Part shown: piece by piece, positions 18,864 to 26,765 of the stretch | How positions within the stretch are numbered: the first letter of the stretch is position 1 | Layout: each line of letters starts with the position of its first letter | Source: Clostridia bacterium | Lineage (GTDB): Bacteria > Bacillota > Clostridia > RGIG6154 | Reading direction: 5' to 3' | NCBI GenBank assembly: GCA_045660065.1 | Contig: JAZRDC010000104.1 | Span: 1 to 52,199 of the forward strand | Length of the DNA stretch: 52,199 bases | Notes under the pieces: generated by a model | Seen by the model: only the letters and a program-made list of their open reading frames with translations | The model's database searches: none | What the model was told of the DNA's origin: nothing | Program-made: the position numbers and the translations under genes

Positions 18864-18890
18864 ATTCTTCAAAATTTTTTAATTTCCTTT
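18864..18890 (-). promoter_or_regulatory. SigH-type promoter of hpf
   Basis: Minus strand AAAGGAAAT, 11 bp spacer, GAAGAAT matches the SigH consensus. B. subtilis hpf (yvyD) has a known SigH promoter. Confidence 0.7.
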
Positions 18891-19000
18891 TTATTTTTTA
18901 AAAATATTTTTAAAAAAATTTTTTTAAAATAGGTATAGACATTACAATAGTTGTGTGATAGAATGAGGGTATATTGCAATAGTCGAAAAGGAGAAAAGGT

Positions 19001-20344
19001 ATGATTTCTTTTAAGTTTCCCGAAGATTTTTTATATGGCTCAGGATCGTCTTGCTATCAGGTGGAAGGTTCTGCTTATGCAGACGGAAAAACCGAAAATA
19101 TGTGGGACTGGGCAACAAGAGTGTATCCTGAAAAATATAAGAATACAAAAACAGATGTAACATCAGGATTTTATAAACATTATAAAGAAGACATTGAGGA
19201 AATGAAAGCACTTGGGCTTAAATCTTTCCGCTTTTCAATTTCGTGGACACGCATTTTTCCTGAAAAAGACGGGGAAATCAATCAGGCAGGTGTGGATTTT
19301 TATAACGATGTAATCAACAGACTGCTTAAAAACGGAATTGAACCTTTTGTTGATATTTTTCATTGGGATTTGCCCCTTTATCTTATGGAAATCGGCGGGT
19401 TTTCAAACAGGGAAATTATTAAATATTATTTGAAATTTGCAAAAGCATGCTTTGAAAATTTTGGTGACAGAGTTAAATTCTGGAGCACAATGAATGAGCC
19501 GAGTGTTTTTTGTAAATCTGCGTTTATTTACGACAATTGGCCGCCATTTAAAAAAGAACCCGAAAAGGCTTTGATTGCGGCACACAATGCACTTATATGC
19601 CACTTTAGAACAGTAAAAATGTTCAGGGAAATGAAACTTGATGGCAAAATCGGAGCAGTTATTGCAATTCTTCCCGTTTATCCGTCAGATCCGGGCGGAA
19701 AAGACCTAAAAGCGGCAGTATACTCAATGGAAGAATTAACACTTTGGTGGCTTGATCCTCTGTTTTTGGGGCAATACCCTGAAAATGTTGTTAAAGACTG
19801 CCCTGAATATATGAAATATATGCCTGAAAACTTTGCAGAAGAATTGGCAGAAGAATTTGTTCCTATGGACATGGTAGGACTTAATTATTATATGCCGGGA
19901 TTTACAAGGTACGAAGAAACCTCTCCCATAAAGGCAGAATATGTTGAGAATTTTTATGTAGTTGAAGGACAGAAATTTTTAAATTATCCTGCAGGACTTT
20001 ATGATGCGTTGCTGTTCGTGAAAAATCGATATAACAATCCTGAAATATACATAACAGAAAACGGACTTGGAATAGAAGATACGGGAAATAAAGAAGAAAT
20101 GATAAATGATGATGTGCGTATTGACTACCTTCGTGAGCATTTAAGAATGCTTGTAAGAAGTATAGAGGCGGGGGTAAATGTCAAAGGATATTATTACTGG
20201 TCAAATTTCGACAGTTTTGAAAATACTGCCGGTTATTCATTCCGTTTCGGGCTTAATTATATAGATTTTGAAACAGGCGAGCGCACAAGAAAGAAAAGTT
20301 GGTATTATTATCAGAAAATCATTAAAGACGGAATGGTGAATTAA
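19001..20344 (+). CDS. Glycoside hydrolase family 1 (beta-glucosidase-like)
   Basis: FPEDFLYG, YQVEG, RFSISWTRI, HWDLP, TMNEP (acid/base), YITENG (nucleophile). Confidence 0.95.
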   Translation: MISFKFPEDFLYGSGSSCYQVEGSAYADGKTENMWDWATRVYPEKYKNTKTDVTSGFYKHYKEDIEEMKALGLKSFRFSISWTRIFPEKDGEINQAGVDFYNDVINRLLKNGIEPFVDIFHWDLPLYLMEIGGFSNREIIKYYLKFAKACFENFGDRVKFWSTMNEPSVFCKSAFIYDNWPPFKKEPEKALIAAHNALICHFRTVKMFREMKLDGKIGAVIAILPVYPSDPGGKDLKAAVYSMEELTLWWLDPLFLGQYPENVVKDCPEYMKYMPENFAEELAEEFVPMDMVGLNYYMPGFTRYEETSPIKAEYVENFYVVEGQKFLNYPAGLYDALLFVKNRYNNPEIYITENGLGIEDTGNKEEMINDDVRIDYLREHLRMLVRSIEAGVNVKGYYYWSNFDSFENTAGYSFRFGLNYIDFETGERTRKKSWYYYQKIIKDGMVN

Positions 20345-20345
20345 A

Positions 20346-21644
20346 ATGGAAAATAAACTTATGTTAGGAGTCGCACGAGCGGATATTACACCTGAAGTTG
20401 GGTGTAATTTAATGGGATATTCTCCCAATTTGATTTCTGAAAGCGTTAATGATAATCTTACAGTAACTGCATTTGTGTTTTCTTGGGGCAAAACCAAAGC
20501 GGCAATGATAAGTGCAACACTTTGCGTTGTTGGTGAAAAAGATTGTGATTATTTAAGAAAAGAGATTAACAAGCTTTGCGGAATTCCCTTTGAAAATATA
20601 CTTATTTCTGCAATACATACACATTCAGGGCCTATTACTACAGATATGCCAGGTTGGGGAGAATATAATAAAGAATATTGTGAGAATATCTTTTTCCCAT
20701 GTTTGTTGGAGGCAACAAAAGAAGCTAATGACAATATGGTTGCAGTTAAGATGGGCGTTGGAAGCGGAAAAAGTTATATTGGTGTAAACAGACGCCAGTT
20801 TAACGAAAATAATGAAATTAAATTAGGTCAGTGCGAATGGGGACCATTTAATCCTGAAATGACCGTGATTGCATTCCGTGATGAGAATAACAACCCTGTT
20901 GCAAATATGATTCATTACGGTTGTCATGCAACTGCTGCAGGAAGTAATGTTGAAATTTCCCGTGACTGGCCGGGCGTTATGATGGATATACTTGAAAAAG
21001 AAAGCGGAGCAATAACTGCATTTTTCAATGGTCCTGAAGGCGATGTTGGTCCAAGACTCTCAAACGGTCGCACTACCGGTGTAAAACATATTGAATACGC
21101 TATGGAAATCGGTGCAGTAGCAGGATATGATGCGGTAAACATTTACAAAAACATAAAAATGTACCACAATGCAGACCTTTCATGTTCATCAAGAAATCTT
21201 AAAATGAAATTAGATTCAAGACTTTCTGAAGAATTTGTTAATGTAAAATTAGAAGAGATGAAAGATGTTGAGCGCATAAATCATTTTGGTCAGGAAATAG
21301 ACTATTATGAGCGCATAGCTAAATCTTATAAGGAAGGCTATGAGGAAAAAGATTTTATGGAAGTTCCGCAGGTTGCCATAAAAATCGGCGATATTGCCTT
21401 TGTAGGCTTTCCTTATGAACTTTTTTCTGAAATCGGTATGAGAATAAATCAGATGAGTCCTATAGGAAGCGTTTTAAGCCTTGCTTGTACTAATGGCTCA
21501 AAAGGATATTTCCCAACAGAATCTCAACTTCCACTTGGCGGATACGAAGTTAAAATGTTTAAAACAAAAAATCTTCAGCCATTTGCTCCTCACGCTGATT
21601 TTAACTTAATCACAGAAACACTTAAAAATCTTGAACAAATATAA
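20346..21644 (+). CDS. Neutral/alkaline ceramidase N-terminal-domain amidohydrolase
   Basis: GVARADITP, IHTHSGP, NRR, YGCHAT, ISRDWPG, G-x-EGDV, P-x-ELFSEIG, GGYE. Confidence 0.8.
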   Translation: MENKLMLGVARADITPEVGCNLMGYSPNLISESVNDNLTVTAFVFSWGKTKAAMISATLCVVGEKDCDYLRKEINKLCGIPFENILISAIHTHSGPITTDMPGWGEYNKEYCENIFFPCLLEATKEANDNMVAVKMGVGSGKSYIGVNRRQFNENNEIKLGQCEWGPFNPEMTVIAFRDENNNPVANMIHYGCHATAAGSNVEISRDWPGVMMDILEKESGAITAFFNGPEGDVGPRLSNGRTTGVKHIEYAMEIGAVAGYDAVNIYKNIKMYHNADLSCSSRNLKMKLDSRLSEEFVNVKLEEMKDVERINHFGQEIDYYERIAKSYKEGYEEKDFMEVPQVAIKIGDIAFVGFPYELFSEIGMRINQMSPIGSVLSLACTNGSKGYFPTESQLPLGGYEVKMFKTKNLQPFAPHADFNLITETLKNLEQI

Positions 21645-21645
21645 A

Positions 21646-21677
21646 GAAAAAATCCCGAAATTTTCGGGAGTTTTTCT
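21646..21677. terminator. Bidirectional terminator
   Basis: AGAAAAAATCCCGAAA / TTTCGGGAGTTTTTCT inverted repeat between convergent genes. Confidence 0.65.
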
Positions 21678-23777
21678 TTATATCATAAAATCAATATCAC
21701 CTGTAAGCGGGTTTGATGCTACAACTGCCACAGTAACTTTCTGACCGATTTTAAATGTTTTTCCTGAATTTCTGCCAAAGCAGGTAAGGGTTTCAGGGTC
21801 ATATTCAAAATAGTCGCCCGAAATATCTGCGTAGCGCACAAGACCTTCAACTGTGTTATCAAGTTCTACAAAGAAACCAAAGTTTGTAACAGATGATACT
21901 GTTCCTTCAAAATCTTCACCAATGAAGTTTGCCATAAATTCAGCCTTTTTGATATCTTCAACTTCGCGTTCTGCTTCCATTGCTTTGATTTCAGCATCAG
22001 ATGATAACTGGGATGCTTTTTCGGTAAATGCTTTGAGGGTAGAAAATCTTTTTTCACTTAAAGCACCATCTAAACTCTCTTTTAAAATTCTGTGAACCAC
22101 CAAGTCAGGATAACGCCTGATAGGTGAGGTAAAGTGGCAATAATATTTAGATGCCAAACCAAAATGCCCGAGATTTTCAGGAGAGTATCTTGCCTTCTGG
22201 AAAGAGCGGAGCATAAGAGTGCTTAAAATTTTCTCTTCTGGCTTTCCTGAAATTTGTGCTAAAATTTTGTTAAATTCAGCAGAATGAAGTTCTTTTGAGT
22301 TTTTCATAGAATACCCTAAAGCCGAAAGCATCTTTTTAAAATGCTCAATTTTCTGTGTGTCGGGAGTTTCGTGCACTCGGTAAACAGATGGAAGTTCACC
22401 CCAGAACATATGTTCTGCTACAGTTTCATTACAGATGAGCATAAATTCTTCAATTATGGAATTTGCTTTTGTGAACTCGCGTTTTACAATATCTGAAACA
22501 TAGCCTTCTTCGTCAAACAAAATTTTTGCTTCAGGAAAATCAAAATTAACACTGCCTCTTGCAAGTCTTTTTGAATTAAGAATTTCACGAAGTTCGTCCA
22601 TTCCTTTTAACATTGGCAGAATTTTTTTGTATTTTTCGCAAAGGGCACTGTCTCCGTCTAAAATCTTTGTAACATCAGAATATGTCATACGATAGTCAGA
22701 AACAATGGTGCTTTTTGAAATTTCATATTCTGTAACTGCACCTTTTTTGTCTATTTTCATCAGCACAGACAAAGTTAATTTTTTCTCATTTGGATTAAGT
22801 GAACATAATCCGTTTGAAAGTTTAACGGGAAGCATTGGTATTACACGGTCTGCAAAATATACGCTTGTGCCACGCTTTAGTGCTTCTTTATCTATTGCGT
22901 AATTTTCTTTTACAAAGTGGCTTACATCTGCAATATGAACGCCCAAAATGTAAAAATCGCCATCTTTTTCAAGGCTCACCGCATCGTCTAAATCTTTTGC
23001 GTCTTCACCGTCAATTGTGATTGTAAGCATTTTTGTAAGGTCTTTTCTTCCTGAATAATCCTTTTCACTTACAGTTAAAGAATCTGCTTCCTGCAAAGTT
23101 TTTTTGTCAAAAAAATCTTTGATGTGATGCCCTCTGATTACAGACATAACATCAACACCAACATCGGTAGAATATCCTAAAACTTCTGTGATATCACCTG
23201 CAGCGCCTTTAAATCTGTCAGGCCATTTTGTGATTTTAACAACAACCTTTTGCCCCGAACGATATTTTTTGTTATTTTTGTTTGAAATAAAGATATCAGA
23301 GCCAATCTTTTTATCATCCGGTATAACAAAAACGATGTTTTTATTTACCTGAACAGTTCCTACAACGGTATTGTTTGCTCTTTTTATAATTCTAACAACC
23401 CTGCCTTCGGCACTTGTATCGGGAGTTGCTTCTTTTGTGATTTTCACACTTACTTCGTCATTGTTCATAGCATACATTGTGTCATTAGGAGCAATAAAAA
23501 TATCGGGGATATTTTTATCTTTGGGGCGAAGAAATCCAAAACCTTTTTTAGTACCTGAAAAAGTTCCCATAATGCAGCCTTCACCAGCAACACTTCTGTA
23601 TTTCCCGTCCCGTTCTTTGGTGATTTCACCCTCAAAGACAAGAGTATCTAAAATTTTGCTTAAAATATAGATATCATCCTGGGGGACAGATAAAATTGCA
23701 GCAATATCATTGAACTTCATAGGTACATAATCTTTGTCATTTATAAAATTTAAAACCATAAGTTTTTTTTCTTCCAT
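21678..23777 (-). CDS. rnr: Ribonuclease R
   Basis: TIDGEDAKDLDDA, HIADVS, RGTSVY, IEEFML, HFTSPIRRYPDL, C-terminal S1 domain. ATG 23777 after GAGGTG. Confidence 0.96.
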   Translation of the reverse strand: MEEKKLMVLNFINDKDYVPMKFNDIAAILSVPQDDIYILSKILDTLVFEGEITKERDGKYRSVAGEGCIMGTFSGTKKGFGFLRPKDKNIPDIFIAPNDTMYAMNNDEVSVKITKEATPDTSAEGRVVRIIKRANNTVVGTVQVNKNIVFVIPDDKKIGSDIFISNKNNKKYRSGQKVVVKITKWPDRFKGAAGDITEVLGYSTDVGVDVMSVIRGHHIKDFFDKKTLQEADSLTVSEKDYSGRKDLTKMLTITIDGEDAKDLDDAVSLEKDGDFYILGVHIADVSHFVKENYAIDKEALKRGTSVYFADRVIPMLPVKLSNGLCSLNPNEKKLTLSVLMKIDKKGAVTEYEISKSTIVSDYRMTYSDVTKILDGDSALCEKYKKILPMLKGMDELREILNSKRLARGSVNFDFPEAKILFDEEGYVSDIVKREFTKANSIIEEFMLICNETVAEHMFWGELPSVYRVHETPDTQKIEHFKKMLSALGYSMKNSKELHSAEFNKILAQISGKPEEKILSTLMLRSFQKARYSPENLGHFGLASKYYCHFTSPIRRYPDLVVHRILKESLDGALSEKRFSTLKAFTEKASQLSSDAEIKAMEAEREVEDIKKAEFMANFIGEDFEGTVSSVTNFGFFVELDNTVEGLVRYADISGDYFEYDPETLTCFGRNSGKTFKIGQKVTVAVVASNPLTGDIDFMI

Positions 23778-23807
23778 AGTTTCACCTCTCTTTTTCAAAA
23801 CATAAAA

Positions 23808-23855
23808 ATGCAGGCAAGTTTATTATCCCTCAAAGAGAAAATAACTTGCCTGCAT
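23808..23855 (-). terminator. Long hairpin / terminator between secG and rnr
   Basis: 13-bp perfect arms ATGCAGGCAAGTT / AACTTGCCTGCAT followed by TTTTATGTTTT on the minus strand. Confidence 0.6.
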
Positions 23856-23869
23856 AAATTTTCTTTTAA

Positions 23870-24106
23870 TTATTTCATCATAACAATTGACAAAGCAATT
23901 GAAGAAATAACGAATAAAATTGCAAGAACAGATGTTACCTTGCTTAAAATGCCGTCTAAAGTGCGGCCTTTATTTTTGCCGAAGAATGTTTCTGCGCCGC
24001 CGGCAATGCTTCCTGACAAGCCCTGAGTTTTTCCTGACTGCATTAATACTGTGATGATTAAAGCAACAGTGATAACGATTTGTACTATTGTTAAAGCTAT
24101 CTGCAT
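23870..24106 (-). CDS. secG: Preprotein translocase subunit SecG
   Basis: VLMQSGKTQGLSGSIAGGAETFFGKNKGR between two TM helices, upstream of rnr. ATG 24106 after GGAGGTG. Confidence 0.93.
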   Translation of the reverse strand: MQIALTIVQIVITVALIITVLMQSGKTQGLSGSIAGGAETFFGKNKGRTLDGILSKVTSVLAILFVISSIALSIVMMK

Positions 24107-24169
24107 TATCTTACACCTCCATAGCAATAAATATCTTAACATATTTTGAATATTTTGTCAACAATTTTA

Positions 24170-25864
24170 TTAATAAATTTCAGTTTCAAGCCCAAGTTCG
24201 GGGGAAGTAGGCTCATCTTCGGGTGAAGTTCCGGTTTCATCTTCAGGTAAAACTTCAACTTCTGTTTCAGTTGAATCAGTAACTTCTGTTTCTTCTAAAA
24301 CAGGTTCTTCGGCATTTTCATTTCGTGCAACAATTTTTTTCAGCGGAATGTAGTAACTTGACGGAATACTTTCAGTCTTTACAACATTTCCATTTTCATA
24401 AACTGTTCTTGTTGATTTGATTGTATATCCGTTAGAACCGTTTTGAATTACTTTTTCTTCACCAAATTTTAAACTGTCGTCCTGCTGATATTCTACGGCA
24501 AAAGGTGTAGAACCTGTGGTTACATTACTGATTTCAACTTTGTAGTTGTTCTCTTTGATGCCGAGGAATTTAATGGTACAGTTGCCGTTTGCAATTGAAC
24601 AAGTAATTTTTACAGGGTTTTCCATATTGTTTTTAAACTTAAAGTCAATTGCTCCCATAACAACGGTTGCGTCTTGCCCCATAGGTGCATAAGAAACAGG
24701 GAAGGAGTGATTTTTTCTTTCCACGATTTCCATATTTGAGTAAAGTGCGGCATTATAAATGGTGGTTGAAACCTGACAAATTCCGCCTGCCAAACCGTCT
24801 ACCACTCTGCCATTTTCAAAGATTTTTGCATTTCTGTATCCTTTTGAAACAGTTCTTTCGCCAACAACATCGTTGTATGAAAATACTTCACCGGGTGCTA
24901 AAACTGTGCCGTTGACTCTTGCACCTGCAAGTTGCATATTGTAAGTTCTGTCAACTTCAGCGGTTTTATATTTTGTAGTGTAAGAAATAATTACATCTTC
25001 AAACATCTGGGCAGTAAGCACCGCCTCTGTAATTTCTGGATCTTCAACAATAAGGCTTATTTCAACAACTTCATCTTCTGTAATATCTTTAACCTGATTT
25101 TTTGCAGCATTTTTGTCGAATTTGTATCCTGATTTATGGGGAACTATTTTCCCGTTCTCTTTGTCATAGTACGCATTTTCAGGCTTTCCTGAAATTTCTT
25201 TGTAAATAGAGTCAATGTCAACTCCCACATAGTCTTTGTGGACAATTACTGCATCTATTTCTATGTCACTGCCTGTTGAAATTCCCTCTTTCATCTGATT
25301 TATGATTTCTTCAGTATTAAGAGTGTTTCCACTATGTCCCGCAGTTATCAGTAATTTGTCGTCTTTTATCTCATAACTTGTGTCAACATATGATGTGCCG
25401 AATTTTGAGTATTCTGTGTGCAAAAACTTTGTTACGGCATCTTCATCAATAAAAAATTCCATAGGAAGATTTCTGTTTACAAAAGGTGTTGAGTATGTAA
25501 AAAATTTTGCAAAAAAGTTACCTTTTCCGTAAGATGCAGCATTGTTTGCAGAAGTTTCAAAATCATATTCACCAAAATCACGGAAAGAAAGAGATATAAC
25601 CTCACCGTTGAAATTAATTCTAATTTCGGGAGATATATCACTAAAATTTTCCTCAAGAATTAAAACTGCATCTTCGGCAGACAGAGTTCCCAGGTCGGTT
25701 TCGCAAACAGATACACCGCTGAAAATTTTATCATATGAAATAGCAAAATATGAAACAACTGCAAAAGCGATGATTAACACGCTTGCGACAATAATCAGCG
25801 CAATGTGAAGTTTAGATAATTTTGCTTTTTTTGTTGTTTCGGTTGATGTGCGTTTTTCAGACAC
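24170..25864 (-). CDS. VanW-domain membrane-anchored protein (YoaR-like, putative peptidoglycan-binding repeats)
   Basis: N-terminal TM; PGEVFSYN, GGICQVSTTIYNA, ERKNHS, YAPMGQDAT, DFKFKN; G5-like segment and acidic tail. Confidence 0.9.
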   Translation of the reverse strand: MSEKRTSTETTKKAKLSKLHIALIIVASVLIIAFAVVSYFAISYDKIFSGVSVCETDLGTLSAEDAVLILEENFSDISPEIRINFNGEVISLSFRDFGEYDFETSANNAASYGKGNFFAKFFTYSTPFVNRNLPMEFFIDEDAVTKFLHTEYSKFGTSYVDTSYEIKDDKLLITAGHSGNTLNTEEIINQMKEGISTGSDIEIDAVIVHKDYVGVDIDSIYKEISGKPENAYYDKENGKIVPHKSGYKFDKNAAKNQVKDITEDEVVEISLIVEDPEITEAVLTAQMFEDVIISYTTKYKTAEVDRTYNMQLAGARVNGTVLAPGEVFSYNDVVGERTVSKGYRNAKIFENGRVVDGLAGGICQVSTTIYNAALYSNMEIVERKNHSFPVSYAPMGQDATVVMGAIDFKFKNNMENPVKITCSIANGNCTIKFLGIKENNYKVEISNVTTGSTPFAVEYQQDDSLKFGEEKVIQNGSNGYTIKSTRTVYENGNVVKTESIPSSYYIPLKKIVARNENAEEPVLEETEVTDSTETEVEVLPEDETGTSPEDEPTSPELGLETEIY

Positions 25865-25902
25865 TTATAAAACTCCTTTTTATACTATAAATTACTTATC
25901 AT

Positions 25903-25958
25903 ATTATAGTCCATAGCGACCGGAAAATCAATTAAAAAACAGTTAAATTTATGTTACA
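25903..25958 (-). promoter_or_regulatory. SigA promoter of the VanW gene with upstream WalR-like direct repeats
   Basis: Minus strand TGTAAC-N5-TTTAAC-N5-TTTAAT abutting TTGATT-17-TATAAT. Confidence 0.55.
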
Positions 25959-25961
25959 AAA

Positions 25962-26612
25962 TCAATAACCTAATTCCTCATTGACCAAAATAACTGTAAT
26001 TCTGTTTTTAGTGCGTTGTTTTGCAGAAATAACATAGGTACAACATATTCTTGAGTCGGCATTGCAACCGTCAGTAATGTCAGTTTGTTCATTGTTTAAA
26101 GACAGGCATTTTCCTGCATTTGAACAATAACTTTCAATGCCTAAACGAACACAGTTTTTAGGGCAGGCGATAGTTTTTATGCGCTTTTCTGCTTCTTTTA
26201 AGTCTTTTACAATTTTGTTTTTACCTGCAATTACTATAACATTTTCAGGTCCGTAGCAAAGTGCGGCAACACGGTTTCCAACGCCGTCAACATTGTAAAG
26301 ACAGCCATCTTCGGTAATTGCATTTGATGACATTAAAAAATAGTCGGCAGATAACCCTAAGCGGAAACGTTTTGCGGTTTCTTCTTTTGAAATTCCTTCT
26401 TCATATCTGTCAATAAAATTATAATTTCCATTTCTTAATAAACTTATTACATCAAGTTCGCTTAAAGTAACAGAGCCTCCTACTGCCACAGAGCAGTTTT
26501 CCTTTAACAGACTTTTGAGTAAATCTGTTGCTTCTTGCTTTGTTTCAACGGCATATGCTTTCATATTGTTGTTTTCAAGATTTTGCTGTGTAGTTAAGAT
26601 AATATTATCCAT
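25962..26612 (-). CDS. LUD-domain (lactate utilisation family) protein
   Basis: GGSVTL, SSNAITEDG-x-LYNVDG-x-GNRVAA, GKNKIV, RIC. Confidence 0.85.
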   Translation of the reverse strand: MDNIILTTQQNLENNNMKAYAVETKQEATDLLKSLLKENCSVAVGGSVTLSELDVISLLRNGNYNFIDRYEEGISKEETAKRFRLGLSADYFLMSSNAITEDGCLYNVDGVGNRVAALCYGPENVIVIAGKNKIVKDLKEAEKRIKTIACPKNCVRLGIESYCSNAGKCLSLNNEQTDITDGCNADSRICCTYVISAKQRTKNRITVILVNEELGY

Positions 26613-26626
26613 AAAGACTCTCCTTT

Positions 26627-26643
26627 GTTACAAAAAAGTTACA
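26627..26643 (-). promoter_or_regulatory. WalR (YycF)-type box
   Basis: Minus strand TGTAAC-TTTTT-TGTAAC is an exact match to TGTWAH-N5-TGTWAH. Confidence 0.55.
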
Positions 26644-26765
26644 TTAATATAAACAAAATTTGTTGTTTTTATTGAATTTTACATTGTATGACATCATTTG
26701 TCAACAATTTTTTGTTTACTTTTATGGATTTATTTGGTATACTATAATTTGTATGAGGTGATTTG

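Noticed and set aside
24170-25864. VanW domain as evidence of vancomycin resistance
   Set aside because: No van ligase, vanH, vanX or vanRS nearby. VanW/YoaR-like proteins are common chromosomal cell-wall proteins in Clostridia.
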